Shown: one piece after another, positions 21,125-30,611 of the stretch
Position numbering within the stretch: position 1 is the first letter of the stretch
How the letters are laid out: every line of letters starts with the position of its first letter
IMG/VR virus record: IMGVR_UViG_2541047912_000004
Location: 1 to 44,088 of that record
Source: a virus
Lineage: Duplodnaviria; Heunggongvirae; Uroviricota; Caudoviricetes
Reading direction: 5' to 3' (one strand)
DNA: 44,088 nt
The notes under the pieces: model-generated
Database searches by the model: none
What the model saw: the letters and a program-made list of their open reading frames with translations, nothing else
Told to the model about the DNA's origin: nothing
Translations under genes and position numbers: made by a program

Positions 21125-21562
21125 TTATTTCAGGCACTGAGTCCTGATGTACTCCTGCAGGTAGTTAACCTGCGCGGTTATCTTGTCGATTCCACTTCGG
21201 AGACGGTAATAATTGAGTTCAGCATCTGCTGTAAGTCTTGGGCTTTCTCCATCGCCCATGCTGCTGGCTCCGGTCGTTGACTTTGCACAGGTGGCGGCGA
21301 CTTGCAGGCGCTTACGCCCAGCAGAAACATCAGCACGAAGGCTTTCGATAGTAGCGTTAGCATCAGCAAGCTCCTTTGTGTATCTGGCGTCGAGTTCTGC
21401 TACATCACGTTGACGCTTCTGCATATCAGCGATGATGGATGTGGCTTTGTCGCGCTGGTCTTTATAGGCGATGGCGTTATCACGGTAATGATTAACAGCC
21501 CATGACAGGCAGACGATGATGCAGATAACCAGAGCGGAAATAATCGCGGTTAACCTGCTCAT
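21125..21562 (-). CDS. Rz: Spanin inner-membrane subunit Rz
   Basis: Near-identical N-terminus to lambda Rz ([32 protein letters not shown]); overlaps the R stop. Confidence 0.9.
   Translation of the reverse strand: MSRLTAIISALVICIIVCLSWAVNHYRDNAIAYKDQRDKATSIIADMQKRQRDVAELDARYTKELADANATIESLRADVSAGRKRLQVAATCAKSTTGASSMGDGESPRLTADAELNYYRLRSGIDKITAQVNYLQEYIRTQCLK
21178..21369 (-). CDS. Rz1: Spanin outer-membrane lipoprotein subunit Rz1 (embedded in Rz in the +1 frame)
   Basis: 63-aa ORF wholly inside Rz with a lipobox (LLGVSAC) and a proline-rich stretch ([13 protein letters not shown]), as in lambda Rz1. Confidence 0.8.
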   Translation of the reverse strand: MLMLTLLSKAFVLMFLLGVSACKSPPPVQSQRPEPAAWAMEKAQDLQQMLNSIITVSEVESTR

Positions 21563-22035
21563 ACCTCAATCTCTCTGACCGTTCCGCCTGCTTCTTTGAA
21601 TTTTGCAATCAGGTTGTCAGCCTTATGCTCGAACTGCCCATAACCAGCCCCCGGCAGTGAAGCCCAGATGTTGCTGCAACGGTCGATAGCCTGACGGATA
21701 TCACCGCGATCAATCATCGGCAAAGCGCCACGTTCCTTAATCTGCTGCAATGCCACAGCGTCCTGGCTTTTCGGAGAGAAATCTTTCAGGCCAAGCTGCT
21801 TACGATAGGCATCCCACCAACGGGAAAGAAGCTGATAGCGACCGGCTGCTGTTGATTTGAGTTTTGGGTTTAGCGTGACAAGTTTGCGAGGGTGATCGGA
21901 GTAATCAGTGAATAGCTCTCCGCCAACAATGACGTCATAACCATGATTTCTGGTTTTCTGACGTCCGTTATCAGTTCCCTCTGACCACGCCAGCATATCG
22001 AGGAACGCCTTACGTTGATTATTGATTTCCACCAT
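21559..22035 (-). CDS. R: Endolysin, lambda R-type lytic transglycosylase
   Basis: 158 aa; the sequence ([62 protein letters not shown]..) is essentially lambda R. Confidence 0.95.
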   Translation of the reverse strand: MVEINNQRKAFLDMLAWSEGTDNGRQKTRNHGYDVIVGGELFTDYSDHPRKLVTLNPKLKSTAAGRYQLLSRWWDAYRKQLGLKDFSPKSQDAVALQQIKERGALPMIDRGDIRQAIDRCSNIWASLPGAGYGQFEHKADNLIAKFKEAGGTVREIEV

Positions 22036-22342
22036 CTTCTACTCCGGCTTTTTTAGCAGCGAAGCGTTTGATAAGCGAACCAATCGAGTCAGTACCGATG
22101 TAGCCGATAAACACGCTCGTTATATAAGCGAGGTTGCTACTTAGTCCGGCGAAGTCGAGAAGGTCACGAATGAACCAGGCGATAATGGCGCACATCGTTG
22201 CGTCGATTACTGTTTTTGTAAACGCACCGCCATTATATCTGCCGCGAAGGTACGCCATTGCAAACGCAAGTATTGCCCCGATGCCTTGTTCCTTTGCCGC
22301 GAGAATGGCGGCTAACAGGTCATGTTTTTCTGGCATCTTCAT
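22019..22342 (-). CDS. S: Holin, lambda S-type (dual-start MKM motif)
   Basis: 107 aa; [64 protein letters not shown].. matches lambda S107/S105. Confidence 0.9.
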   Translation of the reverse strand: MKMPEKHDLLAAILAAKEQGIGAILAFAMAYLRGRYNGGAFTKTVIDATMCAIIAWFIRDLLDFAGLSSNLAYITSVFIGYIGTDSIGSLIKRFAAKKAGVEDGGNQ

Positions 22343-22640
22343 GTCTTACCCCCAATAAGGGGATTTGCTCTATTTAATTAGGAATAAGGTCGATTACTGA
22401 TAGAACAAATCCAGGCTACTGTGTTTAGTAATCAGATTTGTTCGTGACCGATATGCACGGGCAAAACGGCAGGAGGTTGTTAGCGCAACCTCACGCTACC
22501 CGCTTTCACGAAGCCAGCCATTACGCTGGTTTTCTTTTATGCAAAGCACACCGCACCGTAGCCACAGCGGATAAGGTGATTATTTTTGTCTGTCTGGTAT
22601 TTGGGTTGATGTGCTTTCAGAAAGGTCGTGATTAAAACGC

Positions 22641-22673
22641 AAAAAGCCCCGAGCTATTAACTCAGGGCTTTAT
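22641..22673 (-). terminator. Strong intrinsic terminator about 25-55 nt downstream of the predicted late promoter start (tR'-like)
   Basis: Minus-strand RNA GCCCUGAG-UUAAUAG-CUCGGGGC (8-bp stem including one G.U) followed by UUUUU. Also reads as a hairpin plus U-tract on the plus strand. Confidence 0.6.
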
Positions 22674-22697
22674 TTAACGAGTGCATTTATCCATCGT

Positions 22698-22733
22698 TTG
22701 GTCAAATTTACCCAACTTTATTCAAAAAGTCAA
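22698..22733 (-). promoter_or_regulatory. Late promoter PR' with a qut-like pause element (target of the Q antiterminator)
   Basis: -35 TTGACT (22728..22733) and -10 TAAATT (22705..22710) on the minus strand with a 17-bp spacer, followed by an AACGAT element like the lambda PR' pause-inducing sequence. Lies directly downstream of Q. Confidence 0.6.
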
Positions 22734-22775
22734 TATCATGCCGTTAATATGTTGCCATCCGTGGCAATCATGCTG

Positions 22776-23399
22776 CTAACGTGTGACCGCATTCAAAATG
22801 TTGTCTGCGATTGACTCTTCTTTGTGGCATTGCACCACCAGAGCGTCATACAGCGGCTTAACAGTGCGTGACCAGGTGGGTTGAGTAAGGTTTGGGATTA
22901 GCATCGTTACAGCGCGATATGCGGCGCTTGCTGGCATCCTGGAATAGCCGACTCCTTTGCATCTTCCGCACTCTTTCTCGACAACTCTCCCCCACTGCTC
23001 TGTTTTTGCTATATCAACCGCACGGCCTGTACCGTGGCAATCTCTGCACCTTGCTCCCGGCGTCGCGGCACTACGGCAATAATCCGCATAAGCGAATGTT
23101 GCGAGCACTTGCAGTACCTTTGCCTTAGTATTTCCTTCAAGCTTTGCCACGCCACGGTATTTCCCCGATACCTTGTGTGCAAATTGCATCAGATAGTTGA
23201 TAGCCTTTTGTTTGTCGTTCTGGCTGAGTTCGTGCTTACCACAGAATGCAGCCATTCCGAATCCGGCTTGTGATTGCGCCATCCCCATAGCAGCCATCAC
23301 ATCAGTACCGGAAAGAGAGTCAGAAGCCGTAGCCCGTGGTGAGTCGCTCATCATCGGGCTTTTTGGCGAATGAAATTTAGCTACGCTTTCGAGTCTCAT
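22776..23399 (-). CDS. Q: Late gene antiterminator Q (lambda-type)
   Basis: 207 aa; sequence with CxxC zinc-binding motifs ([16 protein letters not shown]) matches lambda Q as I recall it. Confidence 0.9.
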   Translation of the reverse strand: MRLESVAKFHSPKSPMMSDSPRATASDSLSGTDVMAAMGMAQSQAGFGMAAFCGKHELSQNDKQKAINYLMQFAHKVSGKYRGVAKLEGNTKAKVLQVLATFAYADYCRSAATPGARCRDCHGTGRAVDIAKTEQWGRVVEKECGRCKGVGYSRMPASAAYRAVTMLIPNLTQPTWSRTVKPLYDALVVQCHKEESIADNILNAVTR

Positions 23400-24061
23400 G
23401 CGCCTTCTCCCTGTACCTGAATCAATGTGAGATTTCCGCAGAACACTGCGCCGGTATCGATATACATCTGGTTGGCAAACTTGAGTGGTTTCACTGCTGG
23501 CGTATGACCAAAGATGAACGTGTCCGCGCCTTTGATTTCTTTCACGATCCCGTCTTGTGAGTTGCTGATTCGTTCGCGGTTCCAGATTACCTGCTGATGA
23601 TCAACTGGCTTTCCAAACTCGTATTCGTCACAAGGATAATCGGCGTGGGAGATGACATATTTTTTACCTTTGCTCACCAGTTCGATGATTAACGGAAGTT
23701 CTTCTGCTTTATGGGCAAGAGCTTTAGCCAGAATTTCTTTGTCGTAATCGAGATTAAAGAACCAGCCACCGCCATTAAGCAGCCAGTGATTAACGCTTCC
23801 ACGCTCTGATAAGCCATCAATCATCATTTGCTCATGGTTTCCACGTACAGCTCTGAACCAGGGGAATGTGATTAATTCCAGGCATTCGACGTTCTCTGCA
23901 CCGCGATCGACCAAATCGCCAACCGAGATAAGCAGGTCTTTTTTGGTGTCGAATCCTATCGTATCCAGTTTGTTCATAAGGTTCGTGTAGCATCCGTGCA
24001 GATCGCCAACTACCCAAATATTTCGGTATTTGCTGCCATCAATTCTTTCGTAATAGCGCAT
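23396..24061 (-). CDS. ninI: Ser/Thr protein phosphatase NinI (lambda PPase, orf221)
   Basis: Metallophosphatase motifs GDLHG, GDLVDRG and GNHE; near-identical to the lambda phosphatase. Start set at the MRYYE.. ATG (24059..24061). Confidence 0.9.
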   Translation of the reverse strand: MRYYERIDGSKYRNIWVVGDLHGCYTNLMNKLDTIGFDTKKDLLISVGDLVDRGAENVECLELITFPWFRAVRGNHEQMMIDGLSERGSVNHWLLNGGGWFFNLDYDKEILAKALAHKAEELPLIIELVSKGKKYVISHADYPCDEYEFGKPVDHQQVIWNRERISNSQDGIVKEIKGADTFIFGHTPAVKPLKFANQMYIDTGAVFCGNLTLIQVQGEGA

Positions 24062-24245
24062 CTCTTTCACTCCATCCGCGATGAACCATAAGAACGTCGT
24101 TGACTATGGCGTGCATTTTCCCGTCTTTATCATCAACGTATTTTCTGACCGTACCGCGACTACATTTCAGTCTGCGTGCTACTTCTGTCTGGTTTCCGTA
24201 TGCTTCAACGAGCATGTCTGGAATGGTTTTTACTGAGAACGTCAT
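24039..24245 (-). CDS. ninH: NinH
   Basis: The 68-aa product [37 protein letters not shown].. matches lambda NinH. ATGA overlap with the rusA stop. The ORF track extends 14 codons upstream. Confidence 0.8.
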   Translation of the reverse strand: MTFSVKTIPDMLVEAYGNQTEVARRLKCSRGTVRKYVDDKDGKMHAIVNDVLMVHRGWSERDALLRKN

Positions 24246-24637
24246 GCGGCCTCCAGTAGCTCTGTAATCATTGGCAAACTCCCGCATGTTTCAGTCACAA
24301 CCAACACAAGCATTCCACCTTTAATCGCCTGATAGCGCTTGATGCGCATATCGTCTATCTGACCGTCATCCAGCCAGAAGCCCGCACTGGTGAGTGCGTC
24401 AAAAACGGCTTTGGGCAGATTGTCCAAATCTCGTTTACGGTTATCGGGAGGTGCTGCGTGGATGGTTATTCTGATGCGAGGTGTGATTTTGATGTCTAGC
24501 TGTTGTTGCTGGATTATTTCGATTACTTCTTTTCGGTATCTCTTCCCCCAATCGCTGATGTAGTGGATCCCTCTTGAGTGTCGCCAATATCGGTTGTTTG
24601 AAGGAGGCCACGGCAATTTTATTCGGTAGGTTTTCAT
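24242..24637 (-). CDS. rusA: RusA-family Holliday junction resolvase
   Basis: 131 aa; motifs LPWPPSNNRYWRH and RDLDNL..FDALT..GFW.DD resemble E. coli RusA. Occupies the ninG position. Confidence 0.8.
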   Translation of the reverse strand: MKTYRIKLPWPPSNNRYWRHSRGIHYISDWGKRYRKEVIEIIQQQQLDIKITPRIRITIHAAPPDNRKRDLDNLPKAVFDALTSAGFWLDDGQIDDMRIKRYQAIKGGMLVLVVTETCGSLPMITELLEAA

Positions 24638-24924
24638 GACTTAATCTTCCCCTCATTCAGCAGTATCGCCTGCGTCCTGATCACACCTTCGAGGTGGTAA
24701 AGTCTGGCGTCTTTGTTGTCGAGATTATGGGTGCGTCGGTCGATTTCATCGTGACACGCGCTACAAGCCCATGCGCCGATCAGGTCGTCAGGCTTCATTC
24801 CCGTTCCGCAAATTCCAGCCATCCGGTAATGTGCCAGAACTGTAGTTTCAGGGTTGCCATTGCATACGCCGTAAATACGTACCTGGCATTCTCTGCCGCG
24901 TGCTTCTTTGCGTAGATTAGCCAT
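24634..24924 (-). CDS. YbcO-like (DUF1364) small Cys-rich protein, putative nuclease
   Basis: 96-aa protein with several conserved Cys/His, upstream of rusA as in the DLP12 ybcO-rusA arrangement. Family assignment is from memory. Confidence 0.5.
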   Translation of the reverse strand: MANLRKEARGRECQVRIYGVCNGNPETTVLAHYRMAGICGTGMKPDDLIGAWACSACHDEIDRRTHNLDNKDARLYHLEGVIRTQAILLNEGKIKS

Positions 24925-25646
24925 TAAGCAGCCTCCCCTGTTACTTTCAGCATTCCGTTATCGAGCAGCTTTCTGGTCAGCCACTGTTGACCACGCCCGG
25001 TGATTTTTGTGGTGAACGATATCTGTATTCCGTGATTTGTGTTGACCGCTGTTTCTTTCACTGTGAAATAGCCGCGATCCATATATTCCTGCATTGGCAC
25101 ATTGCGCCGGGTACCTGAAGCAATAAGGATTTTGTGATCGCGCATCCACGCAAACAGTTTGTTTGGACCAATACCGACAACCTTTGCAAAGTTTCCAATC
25201 AAAATTCCGCTGGCCTCGCCAACGCGATCGGCAAACTCAACTTTAGGTGCGGCAATTGCGAGCTGGTTTTCCAGTTGCATTTTCTGCTCAGCAAGGTCAG
25301 CAGCAAGGCGCAACGCTTCTGGTAGCGTTTTGGGGATATTAACCGCAGCTTCTTCAAGCTCTCGCCAGCGGTCAACAAGGCGAGCGGTGAACTCTGGCGA
25401 CAACTGGGCAACAACAACAATACTATCTCGCTTACCTTGTTCGCCTTCGAAGACGTAATTCTCGTACTGAACATTGAACCCTAAGTTATTGATTCTTTCG
25501 GAAACCTCAATTTGAGGAAGCCGGATAACACCATTTTTAGCCAGCGTTTCGATGGTACGTTTCACATTGTCATGACGCTTACCAACCAACTCAGCGATTT
25601 CAATGCTTGTCATTTTGATGGCATTGCCATTTATTAACTCATTCAT
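24924..25646 (-). CDS. Rha-family regulatory protein with a C-terminal antirepressor (KilAC/Ant-like) domain
   Basis: 240 aa. The N-terminus (MTSIEIAELVGKRHDNVKRTIETLAKNGV) looks like a Rha/Bro-N DNA-binding region; the C-terminal half resembles antirepressor C-domains. Confidence 0.6.
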   Translation of the reverse strand: MNELINGNAIKMTSIEIAELVGKRHDNVKRTIETLAKNGVIRLPQIEVSERINNLGFNVQYENYVFEGEQGKRDSIVVVAQLSPEFTARLVDRWRELEEAAVNIPKTLPEALRLAADLAEQKMQLENQLAIAAPKVEFADRVGEASGILIGNFAKVVGIGPNKLFAWMRDHKILIASGTRRNVPMQEYMDRGYFTVKETAVNTNHGIQISFTTKITGRGQQWLTRKLLDNGMLKVTGEAA

Positions 25647-25833
25647 CGTCTTCTTCCTCGTACATTGAGCTATTCGGATCGCTCATCAGTTCTGCGCAGC
25701 AATCGGAGCACACGTGAACTTCCAGCACATGCAGCTTCTGACCGCAGTTAGCGCACGTTAAAGCCCGCTCGACGCTTTCTTGTTCGTAACTTCGATTTGG
25801 GTCAATCACCTTGTTTTCCTCATGCGGTTCCAT
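25639..25833 (-). CDS. ninF: NinF-like small zinc-ribbon protein
   Basis: C-terminal ESVERALTCANCGQKLHVLEVHVC.DCCAELMSDPNSSM.EEEDD matches lambda NinF as I recall it. Start set at the ATG 25831..25833; the 154-aa track ORF is an in-frame upstream over-extension. Confidence 0.7.
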   Translation of the reverse strand: MEPHEENKVIDPNRSYEQESVERALTCANCGQKLHVLEVHVCSDCCAELMSDPNSSMYEEEDDE

Positions 25834-25948
25834 TTGGCCTGTAACAGCCCGTAGACATAATCGAATGTCTTTACCTGGCTTTCTGTGGGGATTGGTTTCT
25901 TGCGGGATTTGGTGCGTTTGGTAGGAGTAAAAATCAGGTTGTCTAACG

Positions 25949-26122
25949 CTATTTGAGTAATGCTTCGTCGCTGTCTCGCCACACGTCCTCCTTTTCCTGC
26001 GGTAGTGGCAAAACTCCTGTTGGTGTTCTTTCACACCGGAGACACCATCGATTCCAGTAAGGTTGCCCGGGTCGAAAGCGATCGCCTTCCTTTCGCTCTC
26101 CACATCGATAACAGTGCTTCAT
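25949..26122 (-). CDS. ninD: NinD-like small zinc-ribbon protein
   Basis: 57-aa product [34 protein letters not shown].. with two CxxC pairs. ATGA overlap with the stop of the upstream methyltransferase gene. Confidence 0.6.
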   Translation of the reverse strand: MKHCYRCGERKEGDRFRPGQPYWNRWCLRCERTPTGVLPLPQEKEDVWRDSDEALLK

Positions 26123-26709
26123 GCGATCACCATTTTGCATGGTTTAATCGCCATGCCGGGAGCCAGTTCAAAATCGGAGTCGCACTGATTTCCCCACATA
26201 TCCCACCCGGTCACTTTGTCGCGGCTAAATAACTCACAGCGCGGCACGTCGCCAAGCAACTTAGCTAACATGTCTCTTACGATCGGTGGTTTTGCACTGT
26301 GCTCCATTCTCGGTGCGGTAAAGTGCTGGCATATTGAAGCGTCCATTCTCTCAGGTAACCGCCCTCGAACGGCAAACAAGCAATCCTCGCTATTTGCCCG
26401 GGTCATATGCCCCATTCCGATCGCACTGTTGCCTTTGTGCTTATTGGTTTTGTGCCAAGTAAAGCCTTTCATAGTCATCAACCTGAATCCCCACGCCTCA
26501 ATTACCTTTAGCGCTTCGGCTGGCTGTGTCGGCACCCACCACATCGCTAACAAGCAAGATTCTGGATCCGCTAAATCCCATACTGGCAGTCGGCAAATGT
26601 CCTGAACATTCATAACATCGTATTTATGTCCAGCACCGCGATTGCCATCGTTGGCTTTGTCGCGATATTGCCAAGGCGGATCTGCGTAAATAAGTTGGTA
26701 TTTGTTCAT
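26119..26709 (-). CDS. MT-A70 family DNA N6-adenine methyltransferase (orphan, phage-encoded)
   Basis: 196 aa with the catalytic DPPW motif near the N-terminus ([10 protein letters not shown]). No adjacent restriction endonuclease gene. Confidence 0.8.
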   Translation of the reverse strand: MNKYQLIYADPPWQYRDKANDGNRGAGHKYDVMNVQDICRLPVWDLADPESCLLAMWWVPTQPAEALKVIEAWGFRLMTMKGFTWHKTNKHKGNSAIGMGHMTRANSEDCLFAVRGRLPERMDASICQHFTAPRMEHSAKPPIVRDMLAKLLGDVPRCELFSRDKVTGWDMWGNQCDSDFELAPGMAIKPCKMVIA

Positions 26710-27146
26710 TCAGTTTTATCTCCCCATCTCGCTTTCCACTCCAGAGCCAGTCGCGCTTCGTCTGACCACTTAACGCCATGTTCTGTACCGAATGCCTGTA
26801 TAAGCTCTAATAGCTCCGCAAATTCGCTTACACGCATCCTGCTGGTTGACTGACCTATTACCACAAAGCCATTCCCGGCAAGGTTAGGAACAACGTCTTG
26901 CTGCTTTAATGCTGCGGTAAACACACACTTCCAGCTTTCTGCATCCAGCCAGCGACCATGCCATTCAACCTGACGAGAGACGTCACCAAGGCAAGCCCAA
27001 AGCTTTCGATTCTGGTCTAAGCTGCGGTTGCGTTCCTGAATGGTTACTACGATTGGTTTGGTTGGGTCTGGAAGGATTTTCTGGATAGCTTGAATGGCGT
27101 TCTGCTGATGGATGGGGCTTCTTAGTTCAAACGTTAGTTTCCTCAT
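26706..27146 (-). CDS. ninB: NinB recombination protein (Orf family)
   Basis: 146 aa, the same length as lambda NinB, at the first position of the nin region. Confidence 0.75.
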   Translation of the reverse strand: MRKLTFELRSPIHQQNAIQAIQKILPDPTKPIVVTIQERNRSLDQNRKLWACLGDVSRQVEWHGRWLDAESWKCVFTAALKQQDVVPNLAGNGFVVIGQSTSRMRVSEFAELLELIQAFGTEHGVKWSDEARLALEWKARWGDKTE

Positions 27147-27363
27147 GGGATGAACTCCAGTTTGTGATGTTAAATTCCCATTTAATTACCTTTGCATACC
27201 CAATTTTGAACCCATCAATACCTATCCACCGCTTGCCACTCCAATAAGCTGTGCCACTTTGCTTGAAATGATGTGGATGCCTAGATTGAGTGGTCACAGT
27301 TACAGGTAAATATGGCTTCGGGTATTCCCCATTCCCTGGATAACCAGATTTAATTTTGCTCAT
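27127..27363 (-). CDS. Hypothetical small protein
   Basis: 78-aa ORF, translationally coupled between the membrane protein and ninB. Confidence 0.4.
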   Translation of the reverse strand: MSKIKSGYPGNGEYPKPYLPVTVTTQSRHPHHFKQSGTAYWSGKRWIGIDGFKIGYAKVIKWEFNITNWSSSHEETNV

Positions 27364-27686
27364 TGATACCCTCTCTCACTTAATCGCCTCCACGCTTCGT
27401 TAAACTCTTCTCGAGTTGCGCCGGATTTTCTTTCTTCAAACATCATGCATTCGCTGATGTCTCCCCATGACTTTGGTCGCTTTTCAGCGAACAGATCATC
27501 CCATTCGAATACCCAGCGGCCTGATTTTCGGTAGTGGTAAATGGTCAGCCATGTTGTGCTGTTCGCTGGATACCCATAGAGAACTTCGACTTTTTGATCA
27601 CGGTCTTTATGCTTTTTCAGCAGGATAAAGCCAGCAACCAGCGAAGCTCCGGCAAGAATGATGATTGGAATTTGCCAGTCAGCCAC
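27360..27686 (-). CDS. Hypothetical single-pass membrane protein (moron downstream of a terminator)
   Basis: 108 aa with an N-terminal transmembrane helix (IPIIILAGASLVAGFILL) followed by a charged soluble domain. Starts about 20 nt after a strong terminator. Confidence 0.5.
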   Translation of the reverse strand: MADWQIPIIILAGASLVAGFILLKKHKDRDQKVEVLYGYPANSTTWLTIYHYRKSGRWVFEWDDLFAEKRPKSWGDISECMMFEERKSGATREEFNEAWRRLSERGYQ

Positions 27687-27705
27687 ACTTCCCTCTCACC
27701 CAAAT

Positions 27706-27736
27706 AAAAAGGCCTGCGATTACCAGCAGGCCTGTT
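27706..27736 (-). terminator. Rho-independent terminator downstream of the replication genes (tR2-like position)
   Basis: Minus-strand hairpin GGCCUGC-UGGUAAUC-GCAGGCC followed by UUUUUAUUU. Confidence 0.65.
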
Positions 27737-27762
27737 ATTAGCTCAGTGATGTAGATGGTCAT

Positions 27763-29643
27763 TTAATACTCCGTCACGTTTTCCTGTCGCCACGCCTCGT
27801 CATATTCCGATTTCGGCATATTGGCGATGTAGCTATATGGCGATCCTGATTCAAGTTGCAGGAACTGGTGCGATTGCTCGTCAAGGAACAACGGGACACC
27901 ACCTTCCCAACCTTCGCCGTTACGTTGTTTTTCAAGCATCAAAACAGATGCCGGAGATGCCAGTAGCTGTTCGTCCTTCTCTGACATCTTTTCACCACTC
28001 TGAACTCTCTGTAACGCTCTCTCGCGAGCCTTGTTACGCCAGATGATGAAAAGGTTGTCTGTCAGGTCTGTTATCGCTCCAGAGCCTTTTACGTCCATTT
28101 TCCCGGTTGGTTTTTCTTCGCTGTCTCCTTTTCGCGAGTGAGTAACGAGAATGACGTGGGAGTTTGTTTTGTTTTTGAAGTCGCAAATCGAGTCAACAAA
28201 CGCCTTCTGCCCGTTATAGTCATCGTCGCCTATGCCACATTTCATCAGGCTGTCGATGATGAATAACTGGATCCCGTATCGGCGGCGAGCGTAGTCGAAT
28301 ATTTCGATCAGCCTGTCGGCTTTCGCCGTTCCGGTCAGGCCAAACACCCAAAGTCTTTCGTCATAAAATTTAAATGCAGAGTCAATTTCCAGCACTGGCG
28401 GCATCTTGCAGCACGTCGCCTGACGGGTAAGGCGCTTAAGGAGAATACCAGGCTTCAGCTCAAGTGACGCGATGCACGTCTTCACCCCCTGACGCATTGC
28501 CTCAAGTGCCATATGCCCGACAACCTCCGTTTTTCCGTGACCGTTCACACCATTGACCAGCGTCAACTCGGCCTCACGGAACTGGAATTTATCTGCCAGA
28601 GATTCCCACGGTGGATTAAACAGATACTGCTGCTTGCCGTAGAAAGCGTTGATAGTGTCCTGGTAAAACTCTCGCGCGCTGTAGAGTTCTTCAGGATCGA
28701 AGTAGGATGCCGTGCCGATGTACTGCCAGATTTCATCCTCGGTAACACCGTTCATCAGGCATTCGTTGATGTCTTTGTACGGCAGAGTAACAAGACGGCA
28801 ACGATGTTCACCGAGTCGGCTTGCGATTTCCCTTGCGGCTTCACGACCAACATCATCAACGTCCATCGAGATGAATATTTCCTCAAACCTGTCGAGGTTG
28901 TGATACTCAAACTCAATCCACTGTTGCTTAGCGCCTTTCCCGCCACCAAACGGCACGGATAACGCCGAGATGCCGTATTGCGCATAGCTCATACAATCAA
29001 TTTCGCCTTCGCAAAGTACAACCGCCCTCACGCCAGCGTCCAGAGCCTGCCATCCGAACAGACAAGGTTCGCAATCACCTTCTGCCATAATGACTTTCTT
29101 CCCGTCCGGGCGCTCAGTGCTGATTCGCTTGACCTGCAACAACTCACCATCGCGTTTGTACGGAATCACCAGAGCATCCAGTTCTCGCTCTCCATTCCAC
29201 ACCTTGCCGCTGACAACCTCGTAGCGCTTTACGATTTCTGGAGATATGCCACGCGATTGCAGGTACTCAAGATGGGATTCTGTTCTGGTAACGTAGCGGG
29301 CGATTTTCTTGCGGTCAGGTCTGGAGAATTTCTTCTCACGTCTGGCATCGAAATGGTGATCGTCATCCTTGATACCGAGAAATGCTTTCGCTTCCTGCAT
29401 AGCCTGATGCAGGTTAATTCCACGACATGCCATCCATAAATCAAGCATGTCACCGCCGTCTCCCTCAGCGAAATCAGCCCATTTTTTCTTGCCGCTAAGG
29501 TTGACCTTAAGGCTGTTTCCCTTGTCGCCGTTGACGTTACCGGCAACCCACTCATGCCCCTCTTTCTTGCCGTTTGGCAACAGGTGCGGAGCCACCCTGT
29601 CAACCTGCGCCCAAAGCAGGTCGCTGAGTTCACTTGGCGTCAT
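27763..29643 (-). CDS. Bifunctional primase-helicase-like replication protein (TOPRIM plus P-loop NTPase)
   Basis: 626 aa. Putative TOPRIM acidic motif (VVLCEGEIDCMS), Walker A (GVNGHGKT) and a Walker B-like motif (LFIIDS). Occupies the lambda P position downstream of the O-like initiator. Confidence 0.7.
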   Translation of the reverse strand: MTPSELSDLLWAQVDRVAPHLLPNGKKEGHEWVAGNVNGDKGNSLKVNLSGKKKWADFAEGDGGDMLDLWMACRGINLHQAMQEAKAFLGIKDDDHHFDARREKKFSRPDRKKIARYVTRTESHLEYLQSRGISPEIVKRYEVVSGKVWNGERELDALVIPYKRDGELLQVKRISTERPDGKKVIMAEGDCEPCLFGWQALDAGVRAVVLCEGEIDCMSYAQYGISALSVPFGGGKGAKQQWIEFEYHNLDRFEEIFISMDVDDVGREAAREIASRLGEHRCRLVTLPYKDINECLMNGVTEDEIWQYIGTASYFDPEELYSAREFYQDTINAFYGKQQYLFNPPWESLADKFQFREAELTLVNGVNGHGKTEVVGHMALEAMRQGVKTCIASLELKPGILLKRLTRQATCCKMPPVLEIDSAFKFYDERLWVFGLTGTAKADRLIEIFDYARRRYGIQLFIIDSLMKCGIGDDDYNGQKAFVDSICDFKNKTNSHVILVTHSRKGDSEEKPTGKMDVKGSGAITDLTDNLFIIWRNKARERALQRVQSGEKMSEKDEQLLASPASVLMLEKQRNGEGWEGGVPLFLDEQSHQFLQLESGSPYSYIANMPKSEYDEAWRQENVTEY

Positions 29644-29750
29644 GATTCCCTCAGATTGAGATTTTTAAACCAGAAATCGACAAACGAAATACTTAACCAA
29701 CCGTGGTTATAACCAGCGACCAGTAGCGATTTGATTTTTGATTTCATGGT

Positions 29751-30611
29751 TCACCTGTCGAAAAACACGTAGCCAGTTTTCGATACGGTGATTGCGGATG
29801 ATGGTTTGGATTGTGGTTGAATAGTTTCTGGCTTCTCGTCGTTCCAGCGTTGACCGTTCAGGTAGCTCGATGGTAACAACCTGTCGAATCCGAACTGCTT
29901 ACCATTCCTGCATGCGATGTCTTCTGCCAGCATCGTGGCAAACTCTCTTGCCGTACCCCTGGTAGTTTTACGCCATTCCCTGAACTGTGTTCTGAATGCC
30001 GAAGCTGCGTTTTTCTTCCCGGCTTTCCGCATGCCTGCACACCAGAATATTTCCTCGAATGCCTTGTCGGTTTCTTCGTGACGGTCATGTGATTTTTCAC
30101 ACTCCGTCCGAACACTTTCGGACATAGTGTTTTTATTATTTCTTTTTTCTTTTGTAATAGTTTCTTTTGTGTGTCCCTGTTTTGGTGACAGCGCTGTCAC
30201 CGTTTTGGTGACACTTTTTGTCACCAATGCAGTGACATTATCACCAGAGTAGTGACACCCTTCTATTTGCCATTCCTCGATGTTCTTGTTAGGCCCGATT
30301 TGCTGGCCTTCGCGAAGGATAACCTTCATCGCGATAAGCTCATTCTTGGCCTTATTTACCTTCTGTCTTGGCAGCCTGGTAATTTGAGCTAACTGACTAT
30401 CAGAGATGCGATCCATCTTTTTACCGTAGCCGTATGTTTTACGGCATATGGCGTGGGCAACCTTGCTCTGATTTTTCGTTAAATCTGCGCCGATAAGCTC
30501 TTCATACAGGGCATTTGCAAGACGGGTATAACCATCTTCAACTTCTGCCACACGACGCTCCACAGGCCGTTGTGAAGGCCTTAAATGTGTTACGGTTGCA
30601 AGATTACTCAT
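29751..30611 (-). CDS. Replication initiator, lambda O-like N-terminal domain
   Basis: The N-terminal region ([66 protein letters not shown]) is similar to the lambda O iteron-binding domain. Iterons lie inside the gene. Confidence 0.8.
   Translation of the reverse strand: MSNLATVTHLRPSQRPVERRVAEVEDGYTRLANALYEELIGADLTKNQSKVAHAICRKTYGYGKKMDRISDSQLAQITRLPRQKVNKAKNELIAMKVILREGQQIGPNKNIEEWQIEGCHYSGDNVTALVTKSVTKTVTALSPKQGHTKETITKEKRNNKNTMSESVRTECEKSHDRHEETDKAFEEIFWCAGMRKAGKKNAASAFRTQFREWRKTTRGTAREFATMLAEDIACRNGKQFGFDRLLPSSYLNGQRWNDEKPETIQPQSKPSSAITVSKTGYVFFDR
30130..30257. repeat. Origin of replication: iterons (inverted TGTCACC/GGTGACA units) plus an adjacent AT-rich region inside the O-like gene
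   Basis: Four to five repeats containing GGTGACA/TGTCACC between 30173 and 30257 (ttttggtgacagcgctgtcaccgttttggtgacactttttgtcaccaatgcagtgaca..), flanked by an AT-rich tract at 30130..30170, as in ori-lambda. Confidence 0.7.

Noticed and set aside
21125-21562. Possibility that the overlapping ORF inside Rz is a shadow ORF
   Set aside because: Rejected as spurious: the lipobox and proline-rich sequence match the known embedded Rz1 arrangement, so it is reported as a real gene.
25834-26103. N-terminal 90 aa of the 154-aa track ORF 25639..26103
   Set aside because: Only the C-terminal 64 aa match NinF. The upstream in-frame extension overlaps the NinD-like gene in another frame and has no start context; treated as ORF over-extension rather than a fusion or frameshift.
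30173-30257. Short repeated GGTGACA/TGTCACC units that could superficially suggest a CRISPR-like array
   Set aside because: The repeats are 7-bp inverted units within a coding gene, with no spacer-repeat periodicity and no cas genes; they fit replication-origin iterons.
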